Origin: Pecten maximus
Lineage: Eukaryota
Direction: 5' to 3'
Length of the DNA: 64,000 nt
Assembly: GCF_902652985.1 (NCBI RefSeq)
Contig: NC_047020.1
Coordinates: forward strand, 30,008,001-30,072,000
The position numbers were made by a program, and so were the translations under genes. This document shows, piece after piece, positions 48,723-61,700 of the stretch. Under the pieces are notes generated by a model that saw only the letters and a program-made list of their open reading frames with translations, had not been told where the DNA came from and searched no databases. Every line of letters starts with the position of its first letter. The stretch's first letter is position 1.

Positions 48723-51307
48723 CTGATTTTGTTCATAGCTATCGTATTAAGTAAAACGAACAGTTATTGCGAAAATAGCAGCATTTGCTTCACCTAGTTG
48801 GGCTAGACCTACTTTCGTTTTACAGTTTACAGATATAGTAAATAATTCATCTTCACAACCAGTCGATCTAATTTTTTTCTATTAAGAATATTTGTACTTC
48901 TCACCAGAAACGTATATACCTGATATACAAGTCTCTGTTCTCATGTACAATGCATCTTTGTTTAAAATTGACTGGTATGCACTATGCAGGTCGGATCCTA
49001 CTTCCCTCATGATCAGCTGACCCTGGCCACAGGTCCACGTCACGATCGTATCCTTTCGTAAACCCTTCATAATAAATGTTTATATCCACGGCAGATTTGT
49101 CTTGATTCCTACAATTTTCTACCTTCTTGCAGAGATATTATAATGTTAAAGATAATGTAACTATAGATTGCAAAATACTGCACATATCATTCAACGAAAG
49201 ACCATGCTTTCCCTAGATGTAAAAGTATTAGAATATAATGCTACTGGTCACACAATATTTGTTTATATTTGTTATTTAAGTGGATGTATATGGCAACATT
49301 TTAAATACTTTAATATATATAAATACTTATTACCGGTTAGCTTGTAATAATAATAATAATGATAAGTGCGGATTTTACAACAATGTCTTGTTATTATTAG
49401 GAGGGCACGCACTTCCCCTTGGTGGTTTCGCTAAATAGAAATTTAAACAAAATAAAGTTCTTTCGAATACTAATCGTTTTCGATACAATACATTTTGAAG
49501 TCAGAAAAAGAGGAAGAAATTGTCACAGTGCTTGTCTTCATAAATATAATTGCATTTTACAACCACAGGTTCCATTCTGGCATACACCCCGCAGTGAAAA
49601 ATCTCCGACATTACATTGACGTTAATCAAAATGACTTCAAAATCACGTGGTGTGATCTAGACTGCATCTGTGTGCTCATAGATGTCGCCCAGATTAAAAC
49701 CAACGTAACAGGAAACTGGCGGCAAATGTAAATCATGCAAATAACGTAAAACATTTCCTCTGACGCAGAGTCGATGTTGTTCACTAGTGGCTTCAGCACT
49801 ATATTGCTATATTTCCGTATTTGTGTCTCTGTCCTGTTCTGTAGGCAAGCTACCGAGTCGTTGTCAAAAATCCTTTCGTATTTGATTTGGAAAAAAAAGC
49901 AAAGCAAAAAAAAAATGTTTTTGCATTTTGACCTTTCATGCATGAACAATAAGTTGGCAATAACGTCAATCGTCTGCAATATCTTAGTCTGTCTATTCCA
50001 TTACCGATGTTATTGAATACAAATGGGTAGATATTTTGTAAAGAAAAAATGTGCTGAAAATATAAATAGAATGAAGAAGGACACAGACATGATAAGCATT
50101 AGCCTGTGGTTGTGTCGACTCTGGAAAGGCTGGACCAGGTTTTTTGTTTTAATAAACAGACATATTTTGACATGCGTATACAAATATATGTTACTTCAGT
50201 TAGATTAAGACATTATCATCAACTATTCCTTAGCTAACTATTCAGAGTGAATTTCATTTCTGCATTTTGATTTTCAGTAAGCACACCAGACAAAACCACG
50301 TCACAAACAGTCAATGAAATATAGTCGATTACAAAAGATAAGTCGAATGTTATCAGCGGTCAAACTTGATCATAGATTATCATACAGATTTTTCTAATAT
50401 TTGTTTGAATTTGACGTGACACGTACGGAAATATGTAAGAAGTGATATAAACTTCTTTGTACAAGACGCACACTAGTGACCAGTACCTGTAACTATCAAT
50501 GATAGAAATAGACACAGCAAATGCTCAAAAATTGGAAATAATTCCTGGGTGCAAAAAGCAAAAATAACGATATAAAAAGAAGTTGTCATTCCATCTCAAA
50601 GTGGATCGAACGAGGGCAAAATTAAAAACAAAGATAAGGATTTGCATGGAGACTCCATAAAGGGTAAAGAGAGAACGAATAAATATTGGGTTTAAGTAAA
50701 GAAGAGGAGACGCATTTACCCATAATTCAGTCATATTAATATTTTTGAATATTGGATAATTTTGAAAGAAAATATGGTATAGGATGTATTGTCGAAACAG
50801 TATATGTATGCAAAGGCCATGGCCTGGTGATGTCGTTATCCAAGACAACAGTAAATATGTCCTCCATCACTTATAGAATCCAATCCATGACCTCGACCAG
50901 GATAGCAGGGTTACGTTATAGCACTTAGAATGGAAATAAATAAGGCGGTTATCATACAGTGAAGATATATGTAAACTATCTGCCCATGACTGCAACTTCA
51001 TCAATTTTTGTTGTTCAGAAAATATGTGAATGTATTTGAAAATGTGCTGACTCGGCTCTATAAAACACTAAAAAAGATTACTGGCTTTTTGGTAAAGTGT
51101 ATCTCAACCTTTATATCGAAAATTGCATTACATGTGTACGGTATCATCTGTTAAACGTACAGAAGAAATGCATTATCTGAAAATAATAGAAACGAAATGC
51201 ATTGGCGAACTGAAAGGCGGACTTCCTGGTGACAGTGTAATGTCAAAATGACGGATATGACAGGGATCGACACGACCAGTTTGTCCATGTCTGTTTGTTG
51301 AACCGGA

Positions 51308-52752
51308 AGCAGGTTAACTGATAGACATGATGTAACCAGGTTAACTGATAGACATGATGTAACCAGGTTAGTTGATAGACATGATGTAACCAGGTTAACT
51401 GATAGACATGATGTAACCAGGTTAACTGATAGACATGATGTAACCAGGTTAACTGATAGACATGATGTAACCAGGTTAACTGATAGACATGATGTAACCA
51501 GGTTAGTTGATAGACATGATGTAACCAGGTTAAGTGATATACATGATGTAACCAGGTTAACTGATAGACATGATGTAACCAGGTTAACTGATAGACATGA
51601 TGTAACCAGGTTAGCTGATAGACATGTTGTAACCAGGTTAGCTGATAGACATGTTGTAACCAGGTTAACTGATAGACATGATGTAACCAGGTTAGTTGAT
51701 AAACATGTTGTAAGCAGGTTAACTGATAGACATGGTGTAACCAGGTTAGCTGATAAACATGTTGTAAGCAGGTTAACTGATAGACATGTTGTAACCAGGT
51801 TAGTTGATAAACATGATGTAAGCAGGTTAACTGATAGACATGTTGTAACCAGGTTAACTGATAGACATGATGTAACCAGGTTAGCTGATAGACATGTTGT
51901 AACCAGGTTAGCTGATAGACATGTTGTTTCCAGGTTAACTGATAGACATGTTGTAACCAGGTTAACTGATAGACATGTTGTAACCAGGTTAGCTGATAGA
52001 CATGTTGTTTCCAGGTTAACTGATAGACATGTTGTAACCAGGTTAACTGATAGACATGATGTAACCAGGTTAGCTGATAGACATGATGTAACCAGGTTAG
52101 TTGATAAACATGTTGTAACCAGGTTAGCTGATAGACATGTTCTAACCAGGTTAACTGATAGACATGTTGTAATCAGGTTAGCTGATAGACATGATGTAAC
52201 CAGGTAAGCTGATAGACATGTTGTAACCAGGTTAACTGATAGACATGATGTAACCAGATTAGTTGATAGACATGATGTAACCAGGTTAGTTGATAGACAT
52301 GTTGTAACCAGGTTAACTGATAGACATGATGTAACCAGGTTAGCTGATAGACATGATGTAACCAGGTTAACTGATAGACATGTTCTAACCAGGTTAACTG
52401 ATAGACATGTTGTAATCAGGTAAGCTGATAGACATGTTGTAATCAGGTTAGCTGATAGACATGATGTAACCAGGTTAACTGATAGACATGTTGTAACCAG
52501 GTTAACTGATAGACATGTTGTAACCAGATTAGTTGATAGACATGATGTAACCAGGTTAGCTGATAGACATGTTGTAACCAGGTTAACTGATAGACATGTT
52601 GTAACCAGGTTAGTTGATAGACATGTTGTAACCAGATTAGTTGATAGACATGATGTAACCAGGTTAGCTGATAGACATGTTGTAATCAGGTTAGCTGATA
52701 GACATGTTTTAACCAGGTTAACTGATAGACATGTTTTAACCAGGTTAGCTGA
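51308..52752. repeat. 27-bp minisatellite, ~53 copies
   Basis: Unit aggttaactgatagacatgatgtaacc, with substitution variants only. Confidence 0.97.
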
Positions 52753-53573
52753 CGACACCTTCTATTACACTGATGGTATAACGCTAAAGTTTGATGGTCA
52801 TTTAGTTGCATTGCCTGAGTTCGCTTCTCTGTATACAACCGTTACTGCGGTAGTCCATCTGCTGTGTAAGACGGACATATTTACGTAATCAAATACTACT
52901 TTAATAAGTTATAGATAATGCATGGAAAGCGTGCCTCAAGTCATTTACATGATCATTTGATCTATTACGGGGATAGTGCATATTTACATTGTCTTCATTT
53001 TGACAAAGGTCGCAACATTTTCTCGTCATTTTTGTCTCTTTGTTAAATATTTATAGGTATCCGTATTGTGCTAAAGGAGGATACGGTACAAAAACAATCA
53101 GATGTAAATATTTGTCTTACAAATTAACTGATTAAGGATTTTAAAACAGTTTTATGGTGTCGATTTAATAAATGTACATAAAGTAACTTAATATGAAACG
53201 TTTAAATATTTCTTTTTTTTAATTTTTACTGATGAAACTTTCTTTCTTAAGAAAAGTGCTGCAAAACATTAATGTTTGACAAAACCTAATTATTCTCATC
53301 TTATTAACAAGATTAAAATCTCATCTTGCTTCATTAATCAAAACAATATGACCGCCAAAACTTTAAATAAATGATCGCAATTATTTTAACCAGTTTTTAT
53401 GAACAGTCGCTGTCGTTTTGACGAAAAGTAATGAATGATCTTCATTGTGATAATGAATCTCAATGTTGCTCAAGGACACTTAATAAAGCTCCATGAATGG
53501 TCGTGAGGATATGTTACTTTGCATTGTTTAGAAATGTCTCTATGAAATATTGCTTAATGTTTGCCTGATACCA

Positions 53574-53792
53574 GGGGCCGTGGTGGCCGAGTGGTTAAGG
53601 TGTCCCGACACTTTAACACTAGCCCTCCACCTCTGGGTTGCGAGTTCGAAACCTACATGGGGCAGTTGCCAGGTACTGACCTTAGGCCGGTGGTTTTTCT
53701 CCGGGTACTCCGGCTTTCCTCCACCTCCAAAACCTGGCACGTCCTTAAATGACCATGGCTGTTAATAGGACGTTAAACAAAAACAAACCAAA
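53574..53792 (+). mobile_element. Full-length tRNA-derived SINE with V-domain-like core and 13-bp TSD
   Basis: Starts GGGGCC. A box TGGCCGAGTGG, B box GTTCGAAAC, core ggtttttctccgggtactccggctttcctccacc, A/C-rich tail. TSD TTGCCTGATACCA at 53561-53573 and 53793-53805. Confidence 0.93.
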
Positions 53793-54039
53793 TTGCCTGA
53801 TACCACTTCCATCCATTGGCAAAACTTGCCGGTAAAACAGTTTTCCTAACATGTCAAGTATCATTATCGTTATCGGCATGGTCATCGTTATTTGTATCTT
53901 TGTCCTTGTTGGTATTGTCGTCGTTAATAGTATGATCGTCTTTCGTTATATTTTGGCACTGTCGAGGTTGTTGAGACTAGTACTGTCAGTACTAGTTCCT
54001 GGCTGATTGCATTGTCTTCAGTGATGTTACCGTCATATA

Positions 54040-54450
54040 ACTGATGGTATCGTTGTTATTGATAGTATCGTCGTCATTGATGTTATCGTCGTCATTGATT
54101 TATCGTCGTCATTTATGACATTTTCATCATTAAGGTTATAATAAACATCGGTGTTATTTTAGACATTGTCGTCATTGCTGGTACCGTCGTCATTGCTGGT
54201 ACCGTCGCCATTGATGGTATCGTCGTCATTTGTGATATCGTATTCATTGATTGTATCATCGTCATTGATTGTATCATCATCATTGTTTGTATCGTCGTCA
54301 TTGGTGATATCGTCGTCATTGGTGATATCGTCGTCATTGGTGATATCGTATTCATGGATTGTATCATCATCATTGATGGTATCGTCGTCATTGGTGATAT
54401 CGTCGTCATTTGTGATATCGTCGTCATTTGTGATATCGTTGTCTTTTGTG
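54040..54450. repeat. Degenerate 18-bp minisatellite
   Basis: Unit approximately atcgtcgtcattggtgat. Confidence 0.85.
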
Positions 54451-57003
54451 GTAGCCTTTTCGTGTGTGTATTGTCGATAAGTTTACGTCGTGGTTGTAAT
54501 ATTGACATGGCTATCATTTTTTATTTTCAGAATGCAAATGCTCGCCTTAAATGAAGTTCCTAACAAGGGAATTGATGACATTAGCATGACCCACTGCCCT
54601 TTGACGATAGGCGCTAACGATAACGTATTGTCTTTACAGCTGTACTTCGTGTAAGGTTATCCCGCATCATTGGTCTATGGCGGCCCGTGTCAAACGCTCC
54701 GACAATTATGATCAAAGAGTGCAAGACTCAATTCCATTGTTATAATTGTATGCTAAATCAACTTTATATATCTATTTACTCCTTGTGTAAACCAGTTTCT
54801 GTTACATCTGGTCATAAATTACAACCTGTTGAAAAGCGGTGTCATTTATGACCAGATGAAACAGAAACAATAGTTTTACAAGAGTTTTTAAAGACGGACA
54901 CTCAGCTCCTATAAATGATATGTCCGAACTAGCCACATGTAGGGTCACTTACATGGACTGTATTGTACATGTCTCCATTCTATATCTATAGACTAGTTAC
55001 CATCAGTGGTTAGGTATGAGCCTGTATTTATATAATTTCAATCATACATAAAATATGTAAAATTACCTCCTTACATAAATATATTTATTGTTTTTCAATA
55101 AATGATATGTGTGTGACTGTGCATGCATGCAAAGCACCTGATAACTTGATTTTCCTCTGTAAATACTGCTACATTTCCTGTTTGCAAAATGAGTAAGGCT
55201 TGCTAAATAACAAAGAAAATATAACCTTTTCACATTGTTTATTTTTCCAAAGAAGAAATACTAGCAAATCATTCTTTAGTATTGAAAATCTCTTCAGTTA
55301 CCGGTAAATGACTGGGCGTGGACCTACCTTGTTTATATTGGATTCCTAAAGTCTAAATCACTACAAACCTTTTAATCTTTTACTCAGAAAAAATATTTAT
55401 CCAAAGAACTGACTATTTTCAGTTCTTCTAATTCAGGGTTTCAGTTGTATTCCAGAAGTGGAACTAATGGTATGTAGATTTCAATGAACCCAAAAGAGCT
55501 TTCGATAAATCTTAAACAAAGCTTGCTTAGAGAGTCTTTAACAAACATTTGCTTTTTCTAATCTTTACACTACAAATTTCTGTTGGAAACCTACTGACTT
55601 TTGAATAACACTTCTTGTTACTTGTATTTGATTTGTTGTTGTTGTTGTTGTTGTTGTTTGTTTGGGTTTTTTTCTTCAAAAAAGCCGCACAGCGTTATAA
55701 ATTAATGGTTGTTAACTTTACAGTCGTGTGATCTAGGCCAAAAACTATTTCAAGGAAGAATTGGTGATATTGGTTGAAGCTTTGACCGGCAACATCTCTT
55801 TTTAGTTAAGTTATAAAACCTTCAAACAAACTATATGAAGTATATTCATTTTGTAGATAACTCATGCTGTACTTTAGAAGGAGACCATTTCTTGTCAAGA
55901 CGTTTCTTTGTAAGATCAGTCTGCAAGCTTTTCTGCATTCTTTATCACTATTTCTCTGAAAATATGTATTGCTGTAAATAGATTGTACTTGTACACACCA
56001 GACCCGCCCCTACCTGTCGGTATACCGTATACCTCATTCAGAAATGGCAGATTAGCTCTTCAAAATCGTTTCCCAGTGGAATTACCCTTTCTTCTTTTTA
56101 ACGAAAACAACATGTCATGCTTTCTCCTATCATATTCTCAAGGCTGAATCAAGCGCGTTGATTACTTATGTTAGTTGTCAGTGTTGCTCCAATCTTTTAT
56201 TGCCTCCCTCGTTCTGAAAATCGTTTTCCTCATATACATACCTGTTAGTCAATAAATAATATAAGATTATATTTCCCCTGGGTTGTACCAATCGATGGCA
56301 AAGATATACATATAGATATAAACGATAAAGAGAAGCCTATGAATAGTTCCTTAGTATATTAGTTTATTTCATTCAGAAAGCCATCCTAGAAAGCGGATAA
56401 GAATTCAAAGAACTCAGAATGATTTCCTTTGAAATGTAGATAAAAAAATCCTCTGTTGTGGTCGCGGATTGTTTTTACTGGCGGTGATGTGTCTGGTGGC
56501 GACTTGATCCATAGGTACTACACTGATTGAGGATAAGATAAATGGCAGAGTTGCATGCTGAATTAAAATCTCTATCTCTTAGCCAGTCATGGAAACTTCA
56601 AAAGAAAAAAGTGACAGTGAATTAACCCAGAACTGTCTTATCCTGATAATCACCTCGCGATTAATAAGTTGTATATACAATGTTTTACTTTTTTGCACGA
56701 ACTTGTTTAAAAAAAACATAAAATGTCCTCAAGTCGGTAAAGAGTTTCAACAGCATATTAGCAAATGTTAACTCCTAATAATCCGATAGATGTATAAACA
56801 CAACATTTCATATCAAAATAATAAAAAGGGCAAGTTAGGAACAAAACATACACGTAGGAGCAGGTGTTCCGGAAGGGTAAGCGTCTCCGTTAATCTAGGT
56901 TAAATCCAGTTAACAAGTGAAGGGTTGTACAAAGGACACACAAGATACACATATTAACTACTGTTAAAACACATTAAGAGTTAGATACATGCTTATGTAA
57001 CTA

Positions 57004-57045
57004 CACCATACAGCTGTTTCGTCCTCTTAGGACTTGTCTGTGATA
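57004..57045 (-). ncRNA. Decayed minimal type-I hammerhead ribozyme motif (Penelope/retrozyme style)
   Basis: Minus strand reads tatca-CAGACAA-GTCC-taaga-GGAC-GAAAC-AGCT-GTA-tggtg. Stem II, GAAAC, palindromic stem III, GUA triplet and a weak stem I are present; the CUGANGA core has two substitutions. Confidence 0.45.
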
Positions 57046-59955
57046 AAAATAGGCTCGACGTGTTAATCATGGTAGACGGCAAAAACACTCGAGATAGGTC
57101 GAAAGATATGTCAAAATCTTAATGGGGAGGTACAAATACGTCAATTAATCGATTCATGGGAAAATGAAAGTTAAGATCTGAAAAACATCATAAAACTGTT
57201 TTGTTCTTCCGTCAGTGATGGTAGTGGAAAAAAGTGAAGTAATCACGAAGGGAAGAAAGGGAAACAATATGGTACCTAACAAATGTTGCAATATAACAAA
57301 AAGTGGGAGGTACATCCCCCATTACTCATAATACATTTTATATGTATTCAATATTGTATACATTTTGTTATTGTAAAAGAATAAGCCTGTTTACAGTAGG
57401 AAATAAATTATTACATATGAGGTCATACTATCAACCATAACCCTTTCGTTGTCTTTATTTCTTCAAGATACACATTTCTAAAACCCCTATTTGTTGTTAT
57501 ACCGGAAATCAACAAATGTCACGGATTAATAGATTACATGTTGCATGTAAACACTGACGAATGGCGAAGCAGGAATATCATCTTGAAATAGAGAATTCAC
57601 AGAATGGAAATTGAAATCGTCATCCTTCGTATTTATCGCTGTAGTAAGTAAACTTTGACATTAACGGCTGATATAGGAAAGTCTGTAAATCCATAATTAT
57701 TTATATCCGATCAGCATGGTTTCCAAAAGGGAAACAATAAAGAACCTAATGGTAAGATGCACACATTCTACCCAATATTTGTTTCTAAATTTATATTTTG
57801 TGAAATTTGCCTAACAAAAGATGGATTAATCTGCTATTTTATCAACTGATGAATTTTCTGAAAAAAAAGCTTTGCTGAATAACACGATGTACAATGTGAT
57901 AGTCTTATGACAAAAAAAGGCTGGCCGTGAATGTCAACCGTCTATGAGGAATATTGTGAATTTTTAGTGTTATTTTTGACCTTATCGTTAATTTCGTGAC
58001 ACGACCAGAGAAAGTACTTGGTCTGCCGTAATGTGATTTGTGAGTACCTCACCAGTGACATTCCGAAATTGACAGATGTTGATATCTTATGCATACGTAG
58101 CTATTTTAGGTTGTCTGCTAAGTAACTTACTGCACTTTTTAGCTTATTCATAAACTTTTGAATATTGAAAGTTAAGATACTCATCGCATTTTTATAACCT
58201 GTTGATGGGATATATGGGAAACACAGCCAAAATAATCCCAAATCAGAGTTGACACTCGCATCGGAAACGTCTAGTTTTCTATTATATAATTCTTATGAAC
58301 AAGTCCTTTTCTTTTGCCATTCAAAGGAAGACATCATTTTTTTGTGTATCTGTAGTAAAACCATTCACGTAACGATATATCTATTGCTGATGTATGGATA
58401 TTTCATGATATATTATATATTGATATCGTATACATGTCAAAAAGAAGATCATACTTCAGATCTATTTATTTTTTTTAAAGTCATCAGAGCTGAAGAAGAC
58501 AGGCCTGCATCAAGTTAGATTTAGTATAATGTATGCATTTTACTATTTCCATGTTGCTCATGTTTAGCCATCAAATTGCATTAGTAACATTTATAATTAC
58601 AAAAGAGCTAATAATTAAAAGTTTATGTTTTTTTTTATATTTTCTTACATCGATCTTTATTTGAAATCAATTTCCTCTAGGTACAGTAGTTGTTTGTATA
58701 TATGTTTATACATGTTTAATATTTTGTGTACATTCTTTTATAATTAAGATATCATATGTAATTTGAAGCGTATTAGAGTATTTTGCAAATTAGATAGTGC
58801 GCTGTATACATATTGTATATTATTATTATTTTCTAGAAGACAACAGTTCATTACTCCAGGTAGGAAACATACATTTGCTCAATTCGATGTGTTTTAAGAA
58901 AACAAGATCACCAATAACGCATATACAATGTACCCAGATCTAATTAACCAATCCACTACCCTACTTCGTTTACACATTCCAAGATGTTAAATATTGGTTT
59001 CGCAAAAAATTTACTGTCTGTTATCACTGTTAAGGAAACAGAGTCAGTCCCGTCCAGTAATCATTACTAAATTTGGTTAGACTTCATTTTGTTCAATCTG
59101 TCCACTCTCACCCCGAAACTCCTATCTTTTCCTGGCGGCCTATCGGTTCGCTGTTACACGTATCAGCGCTGTGGAAATCTCGGCATTGATGTCTGTTACT
59201 ATGCCCTGTCTAGGATGTTGTGTGCGTTAGATATATATGAAGGTAGCATGCCTTAACCAATCACTTCATAGAAGAAAATCATGAGATACACTTAAGTTTT
59301 TTTTCATGTGCGATTAATTGAAAGATAATCTTCCGATAGCAATTGATCAATTTCAAATAAATTTTGAATACATTGTAATTCTAATTCATTATTCCTTATA
59401 TTACGAAAAAATATCCAGACATTGCTCTGTAAATCTATCGGTGTTTCTTAAAATAAACTTAAGTTTTCTAAGAACGGCAGATATTCTTGTGGTAAGATAT
59501 AGGACATGTAGAGATTAGCGCCTTTTCGTACAGAATTACCCATTTCGACATTGTTAACGGCATAAATACTATTGTTATCAACCTCAGAATTGTTTATCAA
59601 CATACAAGTTTATGCTAAAGAAACTAAAGGAATTGTGAATTTATATCTTTAGAGAAAGGGAGAGCACAATGAGTAACGACATAATGTATCTATGACCTTC
59701 CCTTAGAACATGTATATCAGAAATGACAACGTTTAAATTATTCAGATTTCACTTGAGCCTCACAAAGAATATGCTTCTTGTACGCAAAGTTTCTCCGGAG
59801 CAAAAGTGATGTTTCAGAAAATGCAACTCGGGCCAAGTTTACGTAGTTGATTATTGTTGTTTAACTGTATCCAAATCTTCACGCAGACATGGTTTTTGTT
59901 ATTGCCTATTAAATAATTAATTTGAAATGGTTCAAATAAGATAGAAATGTATATG

Positions 59956-60010
<55 letters not shown>

Positions 60011-60011
60011 C
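59956..60011. repeat. (ACA)n microsatellite
   Basis: About 18 perfect units. Confidence 0.95.
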
Positions 60012-61164
60012 GAAACAATAACAACAGGACATCCGTTGGTTTACACAACAAATACTGATCCGGGGCTTTCGACATCTACCAGACATTCACCAAGCTGACA
60101 ATTGCCCCACCAGGTACGTAACATAGGTTGATTAACAGACAACACCAGGGTGAAACAAAGGCATCAGAATTATAGTGTAAAGATCAAAGGTTGACGGGGA
60201 CCATCATCAGTGGATATTTGCACTGTGTAACTGTGTACGTGTAATATAGAGACAAACCATAGTGTCACCATTCCGATAAAACGCATAGCAAACATGTGAA
60301 GCATAGGACTAGAGCTCAAACACCATCACCCGATTTGTGTATACTTTGCAGAGCTTTTGATTAATTGAGGCGTTCCATGTACTGTTTCATGTTTTATAGT
60401 ATGTCGAGATTTTGTCAGAATTAATTAATCGATCCGGATTTACATGTCCGTTTCAGTCTGTCGGTTACGACATTAGAATTGACACGCAAGTTTCTCATAC
60501 GACCCGGTGTATTCTCGAGAGAAAGCACCCTATCACCAAAGGCAGCGTTCACACTCTATCCTTCAGATTCAAGAGAATTCTTTATTAGCTCAAACCAAAT
60601 ACACCCCTGAAGTGCAACAGAGGGAAAGTGCACAGGACAACCGTGTAAAACAGGGAGTAAAGGTCCCGTCCGGATGTAAATAAGGTTAATGTACTCAGAG
60701 AAATCTATATCTTTGGGAAGTTGATTATGTATAATTAGATTTTTTCTTATTTCCACAAACATTCTAATGCAGACAATCATATTACTGAGTGCTAAAACCT
60801 TTCAAAAAACTATCATGTCCTGTGATCGATATCGTGTTATAAAAAACCTGGAAACCGAACATTGTCGATGTATCATCGGTAATCGAAATGCTTCAGATAA
60901 TGAAACCTATTAATGAAATACATCATGTTATCGCTATGGATACATTCTTTCATTTCTGACAGAAAGTCTTCGTTTGAGTTTAGAACATATCTTTTATATA
61001 ATTTGTTTGCTACTGCAGTTCATCCTATTCCTCAATGATGCAGATTTGTAAGTATTCGCCTGTAAGATTTTGTTTGTATATGCGGAACTAGAATATCTTG
61101 GTTTCTGTGGAGGAGATTTCCAGGAGTCTTATTTCTGGTTTTGCTAGTAGAATTCGTCTTGTGT

Positions 61165-61700
61165 AATGTAGAATGTGTCTGGTAGAATATGTCTAGTCTG
61201 TTACAAGGTGTCTGGTCTGTGGTAGAATGTGTCTGGTCTGTGGTAGAATGTGTCTGGTCTGTGGTAGAATGTGTCTGGTCTGTGGTAGAATGTGTCTGGT
61301 CTGTGGTAGGATGTGTCTGGTCTGTGGTAGAATGTGTCTGGTCTGTGGTAGAATGTGTCTGGTCTGTGGTAGAATGTGTCTGGTCTGTGGTAGAATGTGT
61401 CTGGTCTGTGGTAGAATATGTCTAGTCTGTTACAAGGTGTCTGGGTTTTACAAGTGTCTGTTCTGTGGGTAGGATGTCTCCTGGTCTGTGGTAGAAGTGC
61501 CTGGTCTGTGGTAGAATGTGTCTGGTCTGTGGTAGAATGTTCTGTCTTTGGGTAGAATGTGTCTGGTCTGTGGTAGGATGTGTCTGGTCTGTGGTAGAAT
61601 GTGCCTGGTCTGTGGTAGAATGTGTCTGGTCTGTGGTAGAATGTGTCTGGTCTGTGGTAGGATGTGTCTGGTATGTTAGGATGTGCCTGGTCTGTGGTAG
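61165..61700. repeat. 21-bp minisatellite gtgtctggtctgtggtagaat
   Basis: More than 20 copies, grading into the 19-bp array. Confidence 0.93.

Noticed and set aside
48882-50208. Cluster of 60-117-aa ORFs downstream of the promoter-like motifs
   Set aside because: No recognisable domains or consistent exon phases; compatible with random AT-rich ORFs.
53574-53660. Possible tRNA gene
   Set aside because: The A/B boxes belong to a SINE head: it continues into a conserved core and tail with TSDs, and I could not fold a proper cloverleaf.
54113-54554. Met/Thr/Ile-rich ORFs
   Set aside because: Translations of a degenerate 18-bp repeat.
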